This document shows positions 61,136 through 64,000 of a stretch of DNA of 64,000 nt, piece by piece. The stretch lies in assembly GCF_009914755.1 (NCBI RefSeq), contig NC_060930.1; one strand, 5' to 3'. A program made the translations under genes and the position numbers. This DNA is from the human T2T-CHM13v2.0 reference genome, Homo sapiens. The notes beneath the pieces are model-generated. The model was not told the origin of the DNA and made no database searches. It saw nothing but the letters and a program-made list of their open reading frames with translations. Numbering within the stretch: position 1 is the stretch's first letter; the number at the start of each line of letters is the position of its first letter.

Positions 61136-61566
61136 TGTTGTGGGTTGGGCTGTGTCCTCCAAAAATATATGTTGTCTGAATCCTCAGCACCTTAGAAGGT
61201 GACCTTATTTGGAAACAGAGTCATTCCATATACTACTAGTTAAGTTAAAACGAGGTGATACTATGTATGACATATCACTGTGCAGTATGACTAATATCAT
61301 AAGAGGAGAAGAGACATTGGGAGAACAGCATGTGAAGATGGGGGCAGAGATTGGAGTGATGTGGCTACAAGCCAGGAATGCCAAGGATTGGAAGCTAGGA
61401 AGAGGCAAGGAAAGATTCTCCCCCTACAGGTTTCAGAGGGAAAATGGCCTTGCCAATACCTTGATTTCAAACTTCTAGCCTCTAAGAACTGAAAAAATAA
61501 ATTTCTGTTGTTTTAAGCCACCCAGTCCGCAATACATTGTAATGGCAGTGCTGGAAGTCTAGTACA
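61136..61566 (+). mobile_element. MLT1B/C-type solo LTR
   Basis: gtgaccttatttggaaa, ggcagagattggagtgatg, aataaatttctgttgttttaagccacccag. Confidence 0.85.
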
Positions 61567-62763
61567 TTCTCAGGACTCTTAACCCAAGATGAGTGACATG
61601 CTTCGAGGCTATCCAGCTCTGACGGGTACAGATGGATGACTCAGTACATCTCGATCTTTCAGTCAAGGGCATCTATTTGTTTCCTGGCTGGTGTCCTTCA
61701 GGCCCCAGCTGTGCAGACACAGTTTGGCTCTATTCTCTCCCATCTTCTCTGGCACCCCCCAGGTCACACAGTTTCAGCCCCCGCTCACTACTATGGCTTT
61801 CTCCATTTTTCTTTTTTGGAAAAGCCTCTCTATTTCTGATTTATGAGATTTATCTTTCTAGTTTTCACAGTAGGCTCTATATTTATAAAGTATGTTTGTA
61901 TGTTGTTATCATTTATGAGTTTGGACTGGAATGGAAGAAGATTTTATGTTCAATCCGTGATATTGAACTGGATGCATGCCATAGTCTCCTTAGGCCCAGA
62001 TTTATTTTTTGTTTCTCATGGTCCTGAGTCAATTTACTTACTAAAGAGTTCATTGAATTCAGGAATACTGTAAATGAAGTGCCAAAGTACTTAGGGGAAT
62101 GAGCTATCCAGTGTACTCAAAGGATAATCCTGGAAAGTTCCCAGGAGCCGACGCCTTGGGGTTTCATTTATTTGTCTGCTTTTTCAGAAGCAGAAACACT
62201 GTATGATGTAGTGGGGAAAACACAGGAGAAGAAGGAAGCATGGATTCTAGGCCTGGCTTAAACTATGTCTAATAAACATTTATTGAAACTTACCATGTGC
62301 AATGCAATGCATTAAGCTCTGGATTATGCAGTGTGAGGATGTAGAGAATGAAAGACAGTGATGAATAATATATTCAAAATCCTGGCTCTGGCTTGCAAAC
62401 TCCGGACACTGTGGACCACTTTCACTGACCTCATGTACCACTGTCAGTGTGCTCCAGCCTTACTAGCCACTTGCTCTTTCCTATACACATCCAACCTCTT
62501 CCTATTTTAGGGCCGTGGATTGAAAGAATCCTTTCCCTTATTCTTTTAGGAGATCCAGGTCACTTGTCGAAACATCACCATTTTTGAAATCACTCTGCTT
62601 AGCACATATTACTATCCAACATTTGTCTTGTTTATTTGAAGTATATATTTTGTTGGTCTTTCTGCTTTCCTTCTCTGGATTTATTTCCATGGGCATTGTT
62701 TTAGACAGCACAAGATTTTGATTTAAACACTGTTTCATATTCCCTTTCCTTTGCATACTTCTG

Positions 62764-64000
62764 TTAGGTTGGTGCAAATGTAATTGAGGTTTTTGCATTG
62801 TTAGAACTTGCCATTTGATATTGGAATACATTCTTAAATAAATGTGGTTATATCATACATCATTTTAATGGGCATTTCTGGCTTTATGTTTTTTTCTTTT
62901 TTTGCTAATGACTTTTACTTGCTATTTATTTTAGACTATGGAAATGATGTTAGACAAAAAGCAAATCTGAGCGATTTTTTATTTGAGTTCAGTATTGGTC
63001 ATAAAGCAGCAGAGACAGCTTGCAACATCCACAACGCATTTCGTTCGGGCACTGCTAATGAACATACAGCGCAGTGGGGGTTCAAGAAGTTTTGCCAAGG
63101 AGAAGAAAGCTTTGAAGATGAGGAGTGTAGTAGCTGGCCATTGGAAGTTGACATCCACCAACTGAGAGCAATCATTGAAGCAGATCCTTTTACAACTACA
63201 TGGGAAGTTGCTGAAGAACTCAATGTTGGCCATTCTATGTCGTTCGGCATTTGAAGCAAATTGGAAAGGTGAAAAAGCTCAATAAGTGGGTGCCTCATGA
63301 GCTGAGTGAAAATAAAAAAATCATCGTTTTGAGGTATCATCTTCTCTTATTCTATGCAACAACAATGAACTATTTCTTGATCGGATTGTGACATGCGATA
63401 AAAAGTGGATTGTATATGACAACTGGAGAAAACCAGCTCAGTGATTGGACCAAAAAGAAACTCCAAAGCTTCTTGCACCAAAAGAAGATCATGGGCACTG
63501 TTTGGTGGCCTGCTGCCAGTCTGATCCACTACAGCTTTCGGAATCCCAGCAAAACCATCACATCTAAGAAGTATGCTCAGTAAATCAATTAGATGCACCG
63601 AAAACTGCAATGCCTGCAGCCGACATTGGTCAACAGAAAAGGCCAAATTCTCATGATAATGCCCAACCGCACATCAAACAACCAGTGCTTCAAAAGTTGA
63701 ATGAATTGGGCTACGAAGTTTTGCCTCATCCGACATATTCACCTGACCTCTTGCCAACCGACTACCTGTTCTTCAAACATCTCAACAACTTTATGCAGGG
63801 AAAACACTTCCACAACCAGCAGGATGCAGAAAATGCTTTCCACTACAGATTTTTATACTACCAGAATAAACAAACTTATTTATCATTGGCAAAAATGTGT
63901 TGATTATAATGGTTCTGATTTTGATTAATAAAGATGTATTTGAGCCTAGTTATAATGATTTAAAATTCATGGTCCAAAACCACAATTACTTTTGCACTAA
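62764..64000 (+). mobile_element. Hsmar1 mariner transposon, near full length (right TIR cut by window end)
   Basis: Left TIR ttaggttggtgcaaatgtaattg; right TIR ccacaattacttttgcactaa at the window end. Confidence 0.95.
62938..63928 (+). pseudogene. Hsmar1 transposase, disrupted
   Basis: MEMMLDKKQI* start, HTH region GHKAAETACNI, HDNAQPH and YSPDLLPTDY catalytic motifs; stops and frameshifts. Confidence 0.92.

Noticed and set aside
61632-62027. 131-aa ORF in unique sequence
   Set aside because: Composition reflects T-rich DNA; no domain or splice structure recognised.
62938-63928. SETMAR gene or functional transposase
   Set aside because: No SET-domain exon; stop at codon 11 and further frameshifts; bounded by TIRs.

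Overview
Primate, almost certainly human, repeat-rich genomic DNA from the 5' end of THEMIS and its upstream intergenic region (6q22.33; PTPRK is the known neighbour, but no PTPRK exon was recognised here). The only host coding sequence found is the first coding exon of THEMIS on the minus strand (5801-5891, [31 protein letters not shown], ending at GTAAG), which the ORF track misses. Around it are a splice acceptor, a uORF whose ATG overlaps a cryptic donor, and a candidate distal non-coding exon/promoter near 23.4-23.8 kb. The rest is mostly interspersed repeats: a full-length inactive L1PA4-like LINE with an open ORF0, a MLT1 provirus, two ERV-L remnants (one with a dUTPase relic), a near-complete Hsmar1, Alus, THE1 LTRs, Tigger/MER elements and ancient L1M/L2/MIR fragments. 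I found no convincing novel multi-gene system. The oddest signals are two independent templated duplications, each placed 965-966 bp from its partner copy, several template-switch-like scars, and an L1 antisense promoter/ORF0 pointing toward THEMIS acceptors. Repeat subfamily names come from recalled consensus sequences, and boundaries without target-site duplications (TSDs) are approximate.
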